DNA of 64,000 nucleotides from Candidatus Parcubacteria bacterium (GCA_019661785.1 JAIFWP010000003.1:31009-95008), one strand, 5' to 3'. Shown: positions 29,673 to 40,342, counted from the first letter of the stretch. Numbers and translations are program-made. Notes: generated by a model from the letters alone, not told the origin.

Positions 29673-30204
29673 CAATACCGACCACAAAGTACGACAAGTA
29701 GTCCTTTATCTGCGGGAAAGCTTGTCCTAGGTAGTAGCCGAGGAGAGTTACGATAGTCGACCAGAGCAAGCTCGATATGAGGCTGTAACGGAGGAAACGG
29801 CTCATATTCATCCTTGCTACACCGGCTGCGATAGGCGCGAAGGTGCGTATGATGGGCACGAAGCGGCCAAGGATAATAGCGAGCGCGCCATGCTTATCGA
29901 AGAAGGCTTCAGTCCTCTGCATATGCTCCTCTTTAAGGATTCTCCGGAAGAGCGTGTAACGGCTCAGCCGCTCGATGTATACGCCAATGAAGTATCCTGC
30001 GACGCCGCCCAGGAACCCAGCTACAAATATGAGCGGTATAAGCAAGTATAAATTGAAGCCAACTGTGGCCGCTAGGAGACCCGCGGTAAAGAGGAGTGAG
30101 TCCCCCGGCAGAGCGAAGAAGATGCCCGACTCAAGGAAGACTATGATGAAAACACCGATATATCCGTAGGTCGTAAGGAGATGTGTGGGGTCAAAGAGTG
30201 ACAT
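29602..30204 (-). CDS. dedA: DedA family membrane protein
   Basis: FLESG, LPGDSLLFTAG, GRFVPIIRTFAP. Confidence 0.93.
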   Translation of the reverse strand: MSLFDPTHLLTTYGYIGVFIIVFLESGIFFALPGDSLLFTAGLLAATVGFNLYLLIPLIFVAGFLGGVAGYFIGVYIERLSRYTLFRRILKEEHMQRTEAFFDKHGALAIILGRFVPIIRTFAPIAAGVARMNMSRFLRYSLISSLLWSTIVTLLGYYLGQAFPQIKDYLSYFVVGIVIVSLLPIALEWWRERSSRSRTK

Positions 30205-30350
30205 GGGTGATGAAGGAATCGGTCACAGGTCCTCGCGTACTGCGAGGCCTGCGACCCCGCCTCGCGCCGTCGCGCTCCGGCTTTCGATTCCTTATCGCCG
30301 CGCGCTGATGTTCCACTCATAAGCCGTTATAGGCTTCTTCGTGGATCATT
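30205..30350 (-). repeat. tRNA 3'-associated two-hairpin element, copy A (tRNA-Trp)
   Basis: Inverted tRNA-end copy 30285-30301; core AAAGCCGGAGCGC...GGTCGCAGG...ACCTGTGACC 30221-30284; direct tRNA-end copy 30205-30221. Confidence 0.85.
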
Positions 30351-30351
30351 G

Positions 30352-30422
30352 CGGGCGATGAAGGAATCGAACCCTCGCCAGCGGTTTTGGAGACCGCTGT
30401 TCTACCACTAAACTAATCGCCC
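30352..30422 (-). tRNA. tRNA-Trp(CCA)
   Basis: GCGGT-CT CCA AA-ACCGC; GGTTCGATTCC. Confidence 0.95.
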
Positions 30423-30467
30423 TTACGAGGCATATTAACACAAAAGCGCCTTTCGGCGCCTTTGGAC

Positions 30468-30641
30468 TTAAGCCTTCTTTTCTTTATAGATCGTGTGCTT
30501 GCGAGCTACCGGATTGTATTTCTTGAGCTCGATCTTCCTCTCGACGGACTTCTTGTTCTTGGTCGAATAGTAGGTGTGGCCCTTGCCCACTCCCTTCTCA
30601 TCTCCGACGGAGACCAGCTTTATGAGGTGTAACTGTGACAT
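30468..30641 (-). CDS. rpmG: 50S ribosomal protein L33 (zinc-free type; absent from ORF track)
   Basis: Manual translation [11 protein letters not shown]...YYSTKNKK...[20 protein letters not shown], 57 aa. Confidence 0.93.
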   Translation of the reverse strand: MSQLHLIKLVSVGDEKGVGKGHTYYSTKNKKSVERKIELKKYNPVARKHTIYKEKKA

Positions 30642-30692
30642 AGGGTATTAGAATAACTTACTTTACGAATTTTGCAAGTGGGCCCAAATGCG

Positions 30693-33407
30693 CTAAGATG
30701 ACCCCATTGCGTCGGTGGTAGAGTGGTCAAATACAACAGACTGTAAATCTGTCGCCCATTGGGCTTCGTTGGTTCGAATCCAACCCGGCGCACTCACATC
30801 GAAGGTAAATTCCCCACCCTTCACATCCACGACGACTGTGCCTCCGGAGAGAACCTTGTTGCCTATCATCATAGTGGCCACAGGGTTCAAAATCTTCGTC
30901 TGTATCAAGCGCTTGAGCGGCCTTGCTCCGTATTGCGGATTGTAGCCCTCCTTGCTCAAGGCCTCTAGCACGGCAGGGCTCACTATGAGCTCAATCTCCT
31001 TCTCTGCCAAGCGCTTCTTGATAGAGTCTATCTGGATGTTCACTATCTCCTTGATAGTATCTTGGCGCAGCACGTCGAAGACCGCTATCTCGTCGAGACG
31101 GTTTAGGAACTCCGGTCGGAACTGGTCTTTGAGCGCGTCGAGGACCTTCTCCTTTATGTTTTCATAATTCTCCCTCTCTCCACCCTTAGAGAAGCCGATG
31201 GACTGCATCTTGTCTATATAATTGGCGCCGACGTTCGACGTGAGGATGATGATAGTGTTCTTGAAGTTCACTACTCTGCCCTTGGCATCGGTAAGCCTGC
31301 CGTTGTCGAGCACTTGGAGGAGGATGTTGAAGACCTCTGGGTGCGCCTTCTCTATCTCATCGAAGAGGATAACCGAGTATGGCCTGTGGCGCACAAGCTC
31401 GGTGAAGTTGCCCGCATCCTCGAAGCCTACATAGCCAGGTGGCGCGCCAATGAGCTTCGACACAGAGTGCTTCTCCATGAACTCGCTCATATCTACGCGG
31501 AGGAGCGCCTTCTCGTCGTCGAACATGAACTCGGCCAAGGCTTTGGTGAGCTCTGTCTTGCCCACTCCGGTAGGACCAAGGAACATGAAGGAGCCGATAG
31601 GACGGTTGGGGTCTGAGATGCCAGCACGGCTCCTCTTCACCGTATCAGCAATCTTCTGCACAGCCTCGTCTTGGCCGACGATGCGGCGTCTTAGGAACTC
31701 TTCCATCCTGCCGAGCTTCTCTGCCTCTTCCTCAAGCATTCTTGATACTGGTATGCCGGTCCAGCGCGAGACCACATCGGCTATGTCTTGCTCGGTTATC
31801 TCTTCCTTCAATATGCGGCGCGAGCTTTGGAGCTTCTTCAGGCGCTTGCTCTTAGTGTCGAGGTCGCGCTCGAGCGCTGGTAGGCGCCCGTAACGAAGCT
31901 CGGCCGCTCGCGAGAGATCGGCTCGCGCCTCGGCTGCCTCGGCCTCTAGCCTCGTGGCTTCGAGAGCTTTCTTTATCTCCTTGATCTCGCCTACGGTCTC
32001 CTTTTCGTTCTTCCACTTCAGGTCTATCTCGGAGGTCTTCTCCTTGAGGTCGGCGATATCCTTCTCTATGACTTTAAGTCTTGCTGCGACTTTGGCACTC
32101 TTCGACTCCTTGCGCAGAGCCTCGCGCTCAATCTCCAATTTAACAACCTTAGAGTGAGTCTCCTGGAGCACAGGGGGCATGTTCTCAAGTGAGATTTTGA
32201 GGAAGGAAGCTGCCTCGTCGATGAGGTCTACAGCCTTGTCTGGGAGGAAGCGGTCTGTAATGTAGCGCGAAGAGAGGTTCACTGCGGCCTTGATAGCATC
32301 ATCGGTGATGTGCACGCCGTGGTAGAGCTCGTAGCGCTCTTTGAGTCCTCGGAGGATAGTCATGGCATCCTCGACGCTTGGCTCGTTGACGTAGACTGGC
32401 TGGAAGCGGCGTGTAAGGGCAGGATCCTTCTCTATGTGCTTCTGATACTCGCGTATGGTAGTGGCGCCGATAGCTCTCAGCTCGCCGCGAGCGAGAGGCG
32501 GCTTTAACATGTTTGACGCGTCGACAGAGCCCTCAGCTGCACCAGCGCCGACTATGGTGTGTATCTCGTCGATGAAAAGGATTATCTTGCCCTCGCTCTT
32601 CTCTATCTCTTTAATAATATTCTTCAAGCGCTCCTCGAACTCGCCTCGGTACTTGGTGCCGGCTATGAGGAGCCCCAAGTCGAGAGAGACCAGCTCTTTG
32701 TCGCGGAGTGACTCGGGCACATTGCCATTCGCCATCCTGAGAGCGAGACCCTCGGCAATAGCAGTCTTACCTACTCCAGCCTCGCCAATGAGTATTGGGT
32801 TGTTCTTCGTCCTTCTAGAGAGTATCTGTATGATGCGTGAAATCTCTTGGTCGCGTCCTATAACAGGGTCGAGCTTGTTAGCCTTAGCGAGCTTAGTGAG
32901 TGAGCGAGTGTATTTGGAAAGGGATTTGAACTTCTTCTCCTGCTTGGGCTCGGCTGGGCCAGCGTGCTTCAACTCCTCGACGAGCTTCACCACAGTCTGT
33001 CTATCAATCTTGAACTTAGTCAGGAGCTCGCGCGACTCACCTTGTACCTCAAGGACTGAGAGGAAGAGATGCTCTGTAGAAACAAATTCGTCTCCAAGTC
33101 CCTGAGCCACCTTGGAAGAAGACTCTATGATATGAGCTAGCTCTGGAGTGAGATATATCTGATATGAGGGCGAGAGGGTTTGGCTGGCTTCAGGATTCTC
33201 TATAGCCTCAAGCACTGAGTCAGTAAGTAGCAGAGTATCGACATCCATCTTGTCGAGTATGGAAATGACCATGCTCTCCTCTTGGAGGATAAGCGCTGCG
33301 AGGAGATGCATCGGGTTTACATGGTTCTGCCCACGCTCAATAGCGAGCTCATGAGCTCGGCGTATGGCCTCCTTGGCTTTGGTCGTGAAATTGCTGAAAG
33401 GTTGCAT
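30693..33407 (-). CDS. clpB: Chaperone ClpB (C-terminus reads antisense through tRNA-Tyr)
   Basis: Two AAA+ modules GEAGVGKT and GPTGVGKT, long middle coiled coil, GARPLKR. Confidence 0.95.
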   Translation of the reverse strand: MQPFSNFTTKAKEAIRRAHELAIERGQNHVNPMHLLAALILQEESMVISILDKMDVDTLLLTDSVLEAIENPEASQTLSPSYQIYLTPELAHIIESSSKVAQGLGDEFVSTEHLFLSVLEVQGESRELLTKFKIDRQTVVKLVEELKHAGPAEPKQEKKFKSLSKYTRSLTKLAKANKLDPVIGRDQEISRIIQILSRRTKNNPILIGEAGVGKTAIAEGLALRMANGNVPESLRDKELVSLDLGLLIAGTKYRGEFEERLKNIIKEIEKSEGKIILFIDEIHTIVGAGAAEGSVDASNMLKPPLARGELRAIGATTIREYQKHIEKDPALTRRFQPVYVNEPSVEDAMTILRGLKERYELYHGVHITDDAIKAAVNLSSRYITDRFLPDKAVDLIDEAASFLKISLENMPPVLQETHSKVVKLEIEREALRKESKSAKVAARLKVIEKDIADLKEKTSEIDLKWKNEKETVGEIKEIKKALEATRLEAEAAEARADLSRAAELRYGRLPALERDLDTKSKRLKKLQSSRRILKEEITEQDIADVVSRWTGIPVSRMLEEEAEKLGRMEEFLRRRIVGQDEAVQKIADTVKRSRAGISDPNRPIGSFMFLGPTGVGKTELTKALAEFMFDDEKALLRVDMSEFMEKHSVSKLIGAPPGYVGFEDAGNFTELVRHRPYSVILFDEIEKAHPEVFNILLQVLDNGRLTDAKGRVVNFKNTIIILTSNVGANYIDKMQSIGFSKGGERENYENIKEKVLDALKDQFRPEFLNRLDEIAVFDVLRQDTIKEIVNIQIDSIKKRLAEKEIELIVSPAVLEALSKEGYNPQYGARPLKRLIQTKILNPVATMMIGNKVLSGGTVVVDVKGGEFTFDVSAPGWIRTNEAQWATDLQSVVFDHSTTDAMGSS
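30709..30792 (+). tRNA. tRNA-Tyr(GTA)
   Basis: ACAGA-CT GTA AA-TCTGT; long variable arm; GGTTCGAATCC. Confidence 0.95.
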
Positions 33408-33430
33408 GGCTTTGTAGTTATGTATGAGCT

Positions 33431-34213
33431 CTACTGATGAGCCGAGATGAAGCGCGTGAGCGACGAGACCACAGTGTAGGTCCCCGCAGGCAAAGTGAGA
33501 TCAGTGTTTGAAGTCTTCAACCCGACGAGCTCGCCTGAGAGGTTCAAGAGCGCGCCGCCCTGGAGCTCACTGCCAGCAGAGATGTCTGTCGAGGCAAGTC
33601 CAGTCGAGGCGTCGAGTGAGAGAGTCCTACCTACAGCCACCGCAGTCCTGTCTTGGCCTTCTACCGCTATGACTGTCTGGCCAAGTTTAGGATCTGCCTT
33701 AGAGAAGACGGCTGGGACGAGGTCTTTTAGTTTGGCATCATCGGTAATCTTGAAGAGTACTAGGCTCCCTGTATCGCTTACGGCTGAGAGATTAGCTCCC
33801 GCTGTCGTGCCGTCTGAGAAGACTACTGTATATGTGCCGGCATTGCTCAAGTCGCGCTTGTCGGAGAGTATGAGGCCTAGCTTGCTGACCACTACACCGA
33901 GAGCGTAGAAGGAACCTGCCGGAGACTTGATGCGGACTACGGACTTAGTGCTTGAGTCCACGGCTCCGACGATGGCATCGCCTTCCTTGACTATGGTCAC
34001 CTCGCGCACAGTAGCAGGAGCGTTAGTGCCCGTGCTTGGGGCCACTCTCTCTACCGTACGCTCGACAACCCTGTCGATAGTCTGGGTGATGTTCTGCGGC
34101 GCCTGAGCCAGGAGAGAAGTCGTGATGATACCAGTCGCTATAGACGTGATGAAGCTCACTAAGAGCGTCAGGAGAACGATTTGGGTCTTTGTGAGATCTT
34201 CCATCGTCGTCAT
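33431..34213 (-). CDS. Trypsin-like (HtrA-type) domain protein, catalytic residues degenerate
   Basis: N-terminal [31 protein letters not shown]. Confidence 0.65.
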   Translation of the reverse strand: MTTMEDLTKTQIVLLTLLVSFITSIATGIITTSLLAQAPQNITQTIDRVVERTVERVAPSTGTNAPATVREVTIVKEGDAIVGAVDSSTKSVVRIKSPAGSFYALGVVVSKLGLILSDKRDLSNAGTYTVVFSDGTTAGANLSAVSDTGSLVLFKITDDAKLKDLVPAVFSKADPKLGQTVIAVEGQDRTAVAVGRTLSLDASTGLASTDISAGSELQGGALLNLSGELVGLKTSNTDLTLPAGTYTVVSSLTRFISAHQ

Positions 34214-34218
34214 AAAAT

Positions 34219-35214
34219 CTATTTTATCACGATTTTTTGCAAAATACTAATCACCTCCCTCACCTCAATTTCGCTCGTCTTTGGGCCAAAGGAGAACCGT
34301 AAAGCCTCCTTGTCAGGCTCATCCTTAGAGCTCGCGCATGAGCTCCCTGTTGAGACAGCGACACCCTTCTCATCAAGCTTAACGGCTAGGAACTCGTGAA
34401 GCTCGCCGGGGAAACTAACACTCACTATCGAGGGCAGGCTCTCGGCTGTAGAGTTCACCACTGCGCTTGGTAACTTCTCAACCTCCTCGATGAAGACTCT
34501 TTTAAGATCTGCGAGCCGCTCATACTCAGCCTCACGCACTCTCACTGAGGCCTCAAGGTCATTAACAAATTCGAGAATTGCCGAAACATTTTCTGTCCCA
34601 GCGCGCAGTCCTCTCTCCTGTCCGCCGCCGAAAATCAGAGGACGTATCTCTACTCTCGGCCTTACTACTAGTACCTTGTCGAGAGTTAGGAGGTCGACTG
34701 GGAGCTTGTTTATGTTTATCTCAAGGAGCCCGAAGCCCGCAGTCGCATCGGTGTGTATATAAGGATACTGACTTCCGCGCTTGTTGCGTAAAGCGGCTAT
34801 CTGTCTAGCGATCTTTGGTACAGGGTTAACTCTCCCTGTCTCGTTGTTAGCATATATAAGAGAGACAAGCACCGTATCGTCTTTTATCGTCTCAATAATT
34901 TTGTCGACAGGGACAATGCTCAATGTAGAGCCCCTGCGCTCGGCCTCCCTAGCAGCTTCGTACACTGCTGGGTGCTCCTCGTCAGAGATGATGATATGGC
35001 CCTGCTTTACTCCAAGGATTGCTAAGTTGTCGGACTCTGTGCCGCCTGATGTAAATATGATATCTCTAGTCTGGCACTCTAAAATGCGAGCGACTTTCTG
35101 CCTCGCATCCTCGAGCGACTTACGCGCCTCGACACCCTCCTTGTGTATGCCAGACGGATTCCCTACCCCACCAGCATAGTCGAGGAAAATCCGTTTCTTC
35201 TTGAAGAGATTCAT
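34219..35214 (-). CDS. Cysteine desulfurase-like class V aminotransferase (shortened)
   Basis: FLDYA, GNPS, FTSGGTESDN, ANNETG, HTDA, GGGQERGLRAGTEN, STGSSC. Confidence 0.85.
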   Translation of the reverse strand: MNLFKKKRIFLDYAGGVGNPSGIHKEGVEARKSLEDARQKVARILECQTRDIIFTSGGTESDNLAILGVKQGHIIISDEEHPAVYEAAREAERRGSTLSIVPVDKIIETIKDDTVLVSLIYANNETGRVNPVPKIARQIAALRNKRGSQYPYIHTDATAGFGLLEININKLPVDLLTLDKVLVVRPRVEIRPLIFGGGQERGLRAGTENVSAILEFVNDLEASVRVREAEYERLADLKRVFIEEVEKLPSAVVNSTAESLPSIVSVSFPGELHEFLAVKLDEKGVAVSTGSSCASSKDEPDKEALRFSFGPKTSEIEVREVISILQKIVIK

Positions 35215-35279
35215 GAAGACAATCTATCATGTTGAGCTGATTAGATATAGAGCCATATTTGTGATAAAGTACCCACACT

Positions 35280-36776
35280 ATGAAGGTAGCTCGTCCTCCG
35301 GTAGTAAGTCTTTTGGGCCACGTCGACCACGGCAAGTCGACGCTTCTTGACTATCTCCGCCAGGTCAACACTGTCGACAATGAAGCTGGGGGCATCACCC
35401 AACACGTTGCTGCATACGAAGTCAGGCACAAGCGCGACGATGGCACCGAGGCGAAAATCACTTTCCTCGACACTCCGGGCCACGAAGCCTTCCACGCTAT
35501 CCGCGCTCGCGGAGCTCGCGCGGCTGATATTGCTATCCTTGTCGTATCTGCCGAGGACGGAGTGAAGCCGCAAACCATAGAGGCGGTTAAGTGGATACGC
35601 GCGGAGAAGATACCCATGCTCGTTGCCATGACCAAGGTCGACAAGCCGAGTGCCGACATAGAGCGCGTGAAGCAGTCTCTCGCGGAGAACGATGTCTACG
35701 TCGAGGGATACGGCGGTGATGTGCCCTTCGTGCCAGTGTCAGCCAAGACCGGCGCAGGCGTGAAGGATCTCCTCGACATGATCCTCCTCCTCTCAGAGCT
35801 CGAACATTGTACCGGCGAGACAGACAGATGGGGCTCAGGAGTCATTATTGAGAGCAGACTTGATGCGAAGAAAGGCATTACCGCAGTGGCTGTGGTAAAA
35901 GATGGCACCGTGAAGGTGGGCCAAGTAGCTGCCTCTATAGGTGCCGTAGCGCCACTGCGCTTCATACTCGATGCTGAGGACAAGCAAGTGGACGAGCTCA
36001 CCTTCTCCTCCCCAATACAGATCATCGGCTGGGACAATCCACCACTCTCCGGAGCAACCTTTGAGATATTCGACGACAAGAAAGCAGCTCAGTTCTATGC
36101 CGACTCTGAAGCTGCCAAGTACGCTGTGGCCCCGAGACAGACTCGTGAGACGCCTATAGACGAGAACATGGCAACGCTCCCTATCATCATCAAGGCCGAT
36201 GCAGCAGGCAGCCTTGAGGCAATTGAGCACGAGCTAAAGAAGCTTAGCCACGAGCGCATTGCTATTAAGATAGTGAACTCCGCTGTCGGCACCATATCTG
36301 AGGGAGATGTGAAGACCTCTATGACGACTCCTGGCACTATCATCTTCGGCTTCAATACTAAGATAGACCCGCAGGCCGGAGCCTTGGCTGAGCGCACTCT
36401 CGGAGTGACGATAGAACTCTACGAGATTATCTACAAGCTCACCGAGAGAGTGGAGGAGCTGCTTAAGGAACAGGAACCTAAGGTAGAAACCGAAGAGGTG
36501 ATGGGCCGAGCCAAGGTGCTGAAGGTCTTCTCTAAGACGAAGGACAAGCAAGTCCTCGGCGCACGAGCCGAGAGCGGCATGCTTGAGAAGGGCTCAACAC
36601 TTAAGATTATGCGCCGCGATGAGGAAGTCGGCCGCGGCAAAGTGAAGGAGCTCCAGCAGTCTAAGGTGGATGTCGAGACCGTCTCTGAGGGCAACGAGTT
36701 CGGCGCCCTTGTAGAGTCGAAGGTCGACATAGCACCGGGAGACTACCTTGAGCGCATCGTCACTGTCACTAAATAA
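35280..36776 (+). CDS. infB: Translation initiation factor IF-2 (no N-terminal domain)
   Basis: [30 protein letters not shown]. Confidence 0.96.
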   Translation: MKVARPPVVSLLGHVDHGKSTLLDYLRQVNTVDNEAGGITQHVAAYEVRHKRDDGTEAKITFLDTPGHEAFHAIRARGARAADIAILVVSAEDGVKPQTIEAVKWIRAEKIPMLVAMTKVDKPSADIERVKQSLAENDVYVEGYGGDVPFVPVSAKTGAGVKDLLDMILLLSELEHCTGETDRWGSGVIIESRLDAKKGITAVAVVKDGTVKVGQVAASIGAVAPLRFILDAEDKQVDELTFSSPIQIIGWDNPPLSGATFEIFDDKKAAQFYADSEAAKYAVAPRQTRETPIDENMATLPIIIKADAAGSLEAIEHELKKLSHERIAIKIVNSAVGTISEGDVKTSMTTPGTIIFGFNTKIDPQAGALAERTLGVTIELYEIIYKLTERVEELLKEQEPKVETEEVMGRAKVLKVFSKTKDKQVLGARAESGMLEKGSTLKIMRRDEEVGRGKVKELQQSKVDVETVSEGNEFGALVESKVDIAPGDYLERIVTVTK

Positions 36777-36779
36777 ATT

Positions 36780-37109
36780 ATGAACGGAGTAAAACGAGAG
36801 AAGATAGAGGAGATACTGCGCCACTTGGCGGCGGAGTTCATATTGCGCGAGGCCACCTCCGCCTCGCTCATAACCGTTACAAGAGTTGCACTCTCTGACA
36901 CAGCCAAAGTCGCCAATATATACTTCACCACTCTCCCCGACTCCGAGGAGGATACAGCGCTCAAATTTTTACAAAGGAAAGCCCCTGAGTTTAAGGACTA
37001 CGCTCGTGACAACTCACGCGTAGGCATGCTCCCAGAGCTCCGCTTCCAGATAGACTACGGCGAGAGGAACAGGCAAAAGCTAGACGACCTTAGCCGAGGC
37101 CTTGAGTAG
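36780..37109 (+). CDS. rbfA: Ribosome-binding factor A
   Basis: ITVTRV.LS, PELRFQID; follows infB. Confidence 0.85.
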   Translation: MNGVKREKIEEILRHLAAEFILREATSASLITVTRVALSDTAKVANIYFTTLPDSEEDTALKFLQRKAPEFKDYARDNSRVGMLPELRFQIDYGERNRQKLDDLSRGLE

Positions 37110-37883
37110 ATTCTCAAACAGAGAGTAAACCGTCATCGGCCCGACTCCACCGGGTACAGGGGTGATAGCCCTTACAAGGCCTTTGACCTTTTTATAATCC
37201 ACGTCGCCGACAACCTTCTTGCCAAGGACGGTGATGCCGACATCGATGACTACCTGGTTTTTATTAACATGTGCCGGACCTATGAGACCAGGCTTCCCCA
37301 CCGCGACTATCAAGATGTCGGCAGTCTTCGTCTTCTTAGCCAAATCCTTGGTTTTATCGCTAAGTAGGGTGGCATGAGCTCCAAGGTCCTTAAGAGCCTT
37401 GTGCGTTGGTCTGCCCACGAGCTCTGAGTCTCCCACTATGACAACCTTCTTTCCAGTAACAGCGATTTTATAATACTTGAGCAAAGTAAGGATGCCCTGA
37501 GTGGTAGCCGGGGTAAAGCTCTTCCCAGTCAGGCCGTCCACATCTTTGCTTGGGTCTATGGCGCGGACGATCTTGAAGGAATCAAGCCTGGCCGGTATAG
37601 GCAGCTGGACCATGATGCCATTTATACTTTTGTCTGAATTATATCTGCGGATATCGGCCACAATCTCCTTCTGCGAAATGTTTTCTGGATACTTTTTGTG
37701 CAGTGCTACCGCACCAACTTTTTTGGCAAATAACATCTTCTTCTTTATATATGAGTTCGACTCCTTCAAGTCCCCCACTTGCACGATAACAATCTTCGGC
37801 ATGAGTCGTGACTTGCGTATCTGCTTTATGAGATCAAGGGAGAGCTTGTCTCGGAGTTTCTTGCCATCTAACGTTACTGACAT
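37080..37883 (-). CDS. folD: Methylene-THF dehydrogenase/cyclohydrolase
   Basis: GIMVQLP, KDVDG, VIDVGI, ITPVPGGVGPMT. Confidence 0.95.
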   Translation of the reverse strand: MSVTLDGKKLRDKLSLDLIKQIRKSRLMPKIVIVQVGDLKESNSYIKKKMLFAKKVGAVALHKKYPENISQKEIVADIRRYNSDKSINGIMVQLPIPARLDSFKIVRAIDPSKDVDGLTGKSFTPATTQGILTLLKYYKIAVTGKKVVIVGDSELVGRPTHKALKDLGAHATLLSDKTKDLAKKTKTADILIVAVGKPGLIGPAHVNKNQVVIDVGITVLGKKVVGDVDYKKVKGLVRAITPVPGGVGPMTVYSLFENLLKASAKVV

Positions 37884-38009
37884 AGGGGTTTTAGATTGGA
37901 CAAGAATGTAGCATATCTTTTGACAAAATGCTATAAAAGTTCTACTTTTGGATCAGACGGAGCTGAACCTTCAGCCAGAGACATCCACCATAAGCCCTAG
38001 GGCAAACTC

Positions 38010-39029
38010 ATGAAAAAGAAACATGCATCAAAGGAGTCCTGGGGGCTCGGACGGCTACTCAGGAAGATCGCCCCGAAGATTGGCGCGACGGTTGTCCTCG
38101 AACCTGAGTGGGAGGTCGTAGGCCAGATTGCCTTCAAGAACGGTCGGCGTTCGTACTTCCGCTACAACACGCTCGACTTAAACCCGATGGGCAGCTCGGA
38201 GATAGCCAAGGACAAGGACTATGCCAACTTCTTCATGAACGGCATGGGCTACCCTACAGTGCCAGGGAGCAAGGCCTTCTACTCCGAGGAGTGGGCCAAG
38301 GCCATCGGCTCTCCTAGCCGCAGCATCGACGCAGCATATCATCATGCACAGAAGCTCGGCTTCCCTGTCATCGTGAAGCCGAACAGTGGTAGCCAAGGTG
38401 CTGGAGTCATGCTCGTCCACAACAAGCATGAGTTCTACAAAGCCGCGCGAGCCGTCTTCAAGCGCGACAGAGTCATGCTGGTGCAGGAACAACTCCATGG
38501 CAAAGATTATCGACTGGTCGTACTCGACAAGAAGGTCATCTCGGTCTACGAGCGCATCCCGCTCTCGGTCGAAGGCAACGGCAAGTCTACAATCGGACAG
38601 CTCTTGAAGAAGAAACAGGCGCTTTTCATTGAGCTCGGCCGCGATACGAAGATCAAGGCTAAAGATCCGCGCATAGCCGCGAAGTTGAAGCACCAAGGTC
38701 TGGGACTACGTTCCGTATTGCGGAAGGGCCAGAAGATTTTCCTCCTCGACAATGCCAACCTGTCTACTGGAGGAGACTCCGTGGATGTTACCGACAAGGT
38801 GCATCCTGGGTTCAAGAAGCTCGCAGTCGAGATTACTCGCAACATGGGTCTGCGGCTTTGCGGAGTGGACTTCATGGTTGATGGAGACATCAGTGAGAAG
38901 CCGGGCGCGTACTGGGTGCTTGAGATTAACTCTGCCCCTGGTCTCGACCACTACTCAAGGATGGGCAAGGCCCAGGAGAAGATTGTCGAAGGCCTCTACC
39001 TCGAGGTCCTGAAGCACATGGAGCGCTAG
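38010..39029 (+). CDS. Stand-alone ATP-grasp ligase resembling the cyanophycin synthetase/GshF ATP-grasp domain
   Basis: AKDK, PVIVKPNSGSQGAGV, DYRLVV, GNGKSTI.QL, ANLSTGG, GVD, LEINSAPG. Confidence 0.8.
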   Translation: MKKKHASKESWGLGRLLRKIAPKIGATVVLEPEWEVVGQIAFKNGRRSYFRYNTLDLNPMGSSEIAKDKDYANFFMNGMGYPTVPGSKAFYSEEWAKAIGSPSRSIDAAYHHAQKLGFPVIVKPNSGSQGAGVMLVHNKHEFYKAARAVFKRDRVMLVQEQLHGKDYRLVVLDKKVISVYERIPLSVEGNGKSTIGQLLKKKQALFIELGRDTKIKAKDPRIAAKLKHQGLGLRSVLRKGQKIFLLDNANLSTGGDSVDVTDKVHPGFKKLAVEITRNMGLRLCGVDFMVDGDISEKPGAYWVLEINSAPGLDHYSRMGKAQEKIVEGLYLEVLKHMER

Positions 39030-39096
39030 CCTTTGGCAAGGCCAGCCTCGATGCCGGAGTGTTCCAACACTCCGGCATTTTCTATATACTGGTCGC

Positions 39097-39585
39097 ATGG
39101 TAGAGAAACAATACTCATGCGTTATCTCATATCTGCCGCTAGAGAACGAGCCCGACTATACGCACACGGCTTTCCCGCTATCCATTGGTCCAAACTACTT
39201 GGAACTCTCTAGCGACAAAGGGAGCGACCCTTATGCATGGGCGGAAAAGTGCGTATCCACTTTTAGCAAAGACGTGCCTTGCGTGCTTGTGCCTGGTACC
39301 CGCTTCGACATGAGTGGCACTCGACACGGCAAAGGCGGTGGCTGGTATGACCGCTTCCTATCTAAAATACCTTCTCATTGGACTCGCATAGGCATCGCTC
39401 ATAAGCGTCAGCTCTCAGACCAGAAACTCCTAAGACAAGCATGGGACCAACCCGTAGACTTGTTAGCTATATATGATGGTTCATACTGGAGCTTGATCGA
39501 AACGCACGCACGCACGGATGTGCGAGATGCGAGAATCGAACTCGCGCCCGATGCTTGGGAAGCACCAGTTCTACCACTAAACTAA
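39097..39585 (+). CDS. 5-formyltetrahydrofolate cyclo-ligase
   Basis: [27 protein letters not shown]. Confidence 0.85.
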   Translation: MVEKQYSCVISYLPLENEPDYTHTAFPLSIGPNYLELSSDKGSDPYAWAEKCVSTFSKDVPCVLVPGTRFDMSGTRHGKGGGWYDRFLSKIPSHWTRIGIAHKRQLSDQKLLRQAWDQPVDLLAIYDGSYWSLIETHARTDVRDARIELAPDAWEAPVLPLN

Positions 39586-39591
39586 TCTCGC
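39521..39591 (-). tRNA. tRNA-Gly(CCC)
   Basis: GGTGC-TT CCC AA-GCATC; GTTCGATTC. Confidence 0.93.
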
Positions 39592-39593
39592 AG

Positions 39594-39676
39594 TGCCCGG
39601 GGTGAGACTCGAACTCACAAGGCCTTGCGGCCAAAGGATTTTAAGTCCTTCGTGTATACCATTCCACCACCCGGGC
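39594..39676 (-). tRNA. tRNA-Leu(TAA)
   Basis: AAGGA-CT TAA AA-TCCTT; long variable arm. Confidence 0.95.
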
Positions 39677-39678
39677 AG

Positions 39679-39750
39679 AGGCCTAGGGCGGAATCGCACC
39701 GCCGTATAACTCTTTTGCAGAGAGTTGCCTTACTACTTGGCGACTAGGCC
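39679..39750 (-). tRNA. tRNA-Cys(GCA)
   Basis: ACTCT-CT GCA AA-AGAGT; U73; T-loop variant TGCGATT. Confidence 0.92.
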
Positions 39751-39834
39751 GTCCGCTCTACATTATCACAATTTCTTTTGATTACCTGAGCTTAATCTGT
39801 TACCCTCAACAGAGACTTCTTTCAGGAGACATTT

Positions 39835-40260
39835 GTGTCGCATACTCAATCGAGGGGCATCTACCGCCCCAAGCATTGGCACGCTGCTGCTGTGGCTGTA
39901 GAAGCGGGGCTCCATGCTCGCTATGGCAAGACATGGGAAGCTACCAAGTATCCCATCGGCGCTCTGGCCTCCATAGGACGCCTCTTCTACTGGGCGCTCG
40001 AAGGTCTGAAGCAGGCTGCCGGCGAGGAGACTCACTCCAAGATGCCAAGCATGGCTGGCACAGCGTGCGTCAGAACTGTGACAGCAGTGATGGAAGGGAT
40101 GGGACGCAAGGCCACTTCGAGGAATATCGGCAAGCTAGCCCTCGGCCATCATGACCTTATCCGGCGGATACAGCAGAACTACCTCATCACGGGGTCTGAC
40201 GCCGAGCGCCGGAGGTTGAGACAGTTCCTGCAAAAGCTCATAGAGCTTGGTGAATCGTAG
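39835..40260 (+). CDS. Hypothetical protein
   Basis: AGGAG SD before GTG; hairpin after stop. Confidence 0.6.
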   Translation: MSHTQSRGIYRPKHWHAAAVAVEAGLHARYGKTWEATKYPIGALASIGRLFYWALEGLKQAAGEETHSKMPSMAGTACVRTVTAVMEGMGRKATSRNIGKLALGHHDLIRRIQQNYLITGSDAERRRLRQFLQKLIELGES

Positions 40261-40342
40261 CCGCGAGCAATCGCGGCTTCATCATTCACTTTTCATAATT
40301 TGTATTGAAAAAAAGCCAGTTTCTTGAGATACTCAACTGCAC

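Noticed and set aside
30205-30422. tRNA intron, split tRNA or prophage att site interpretation
   Set aside because: The upstream tRNA is already complete, and no integrase or phage genes lie between or beside the repeats.
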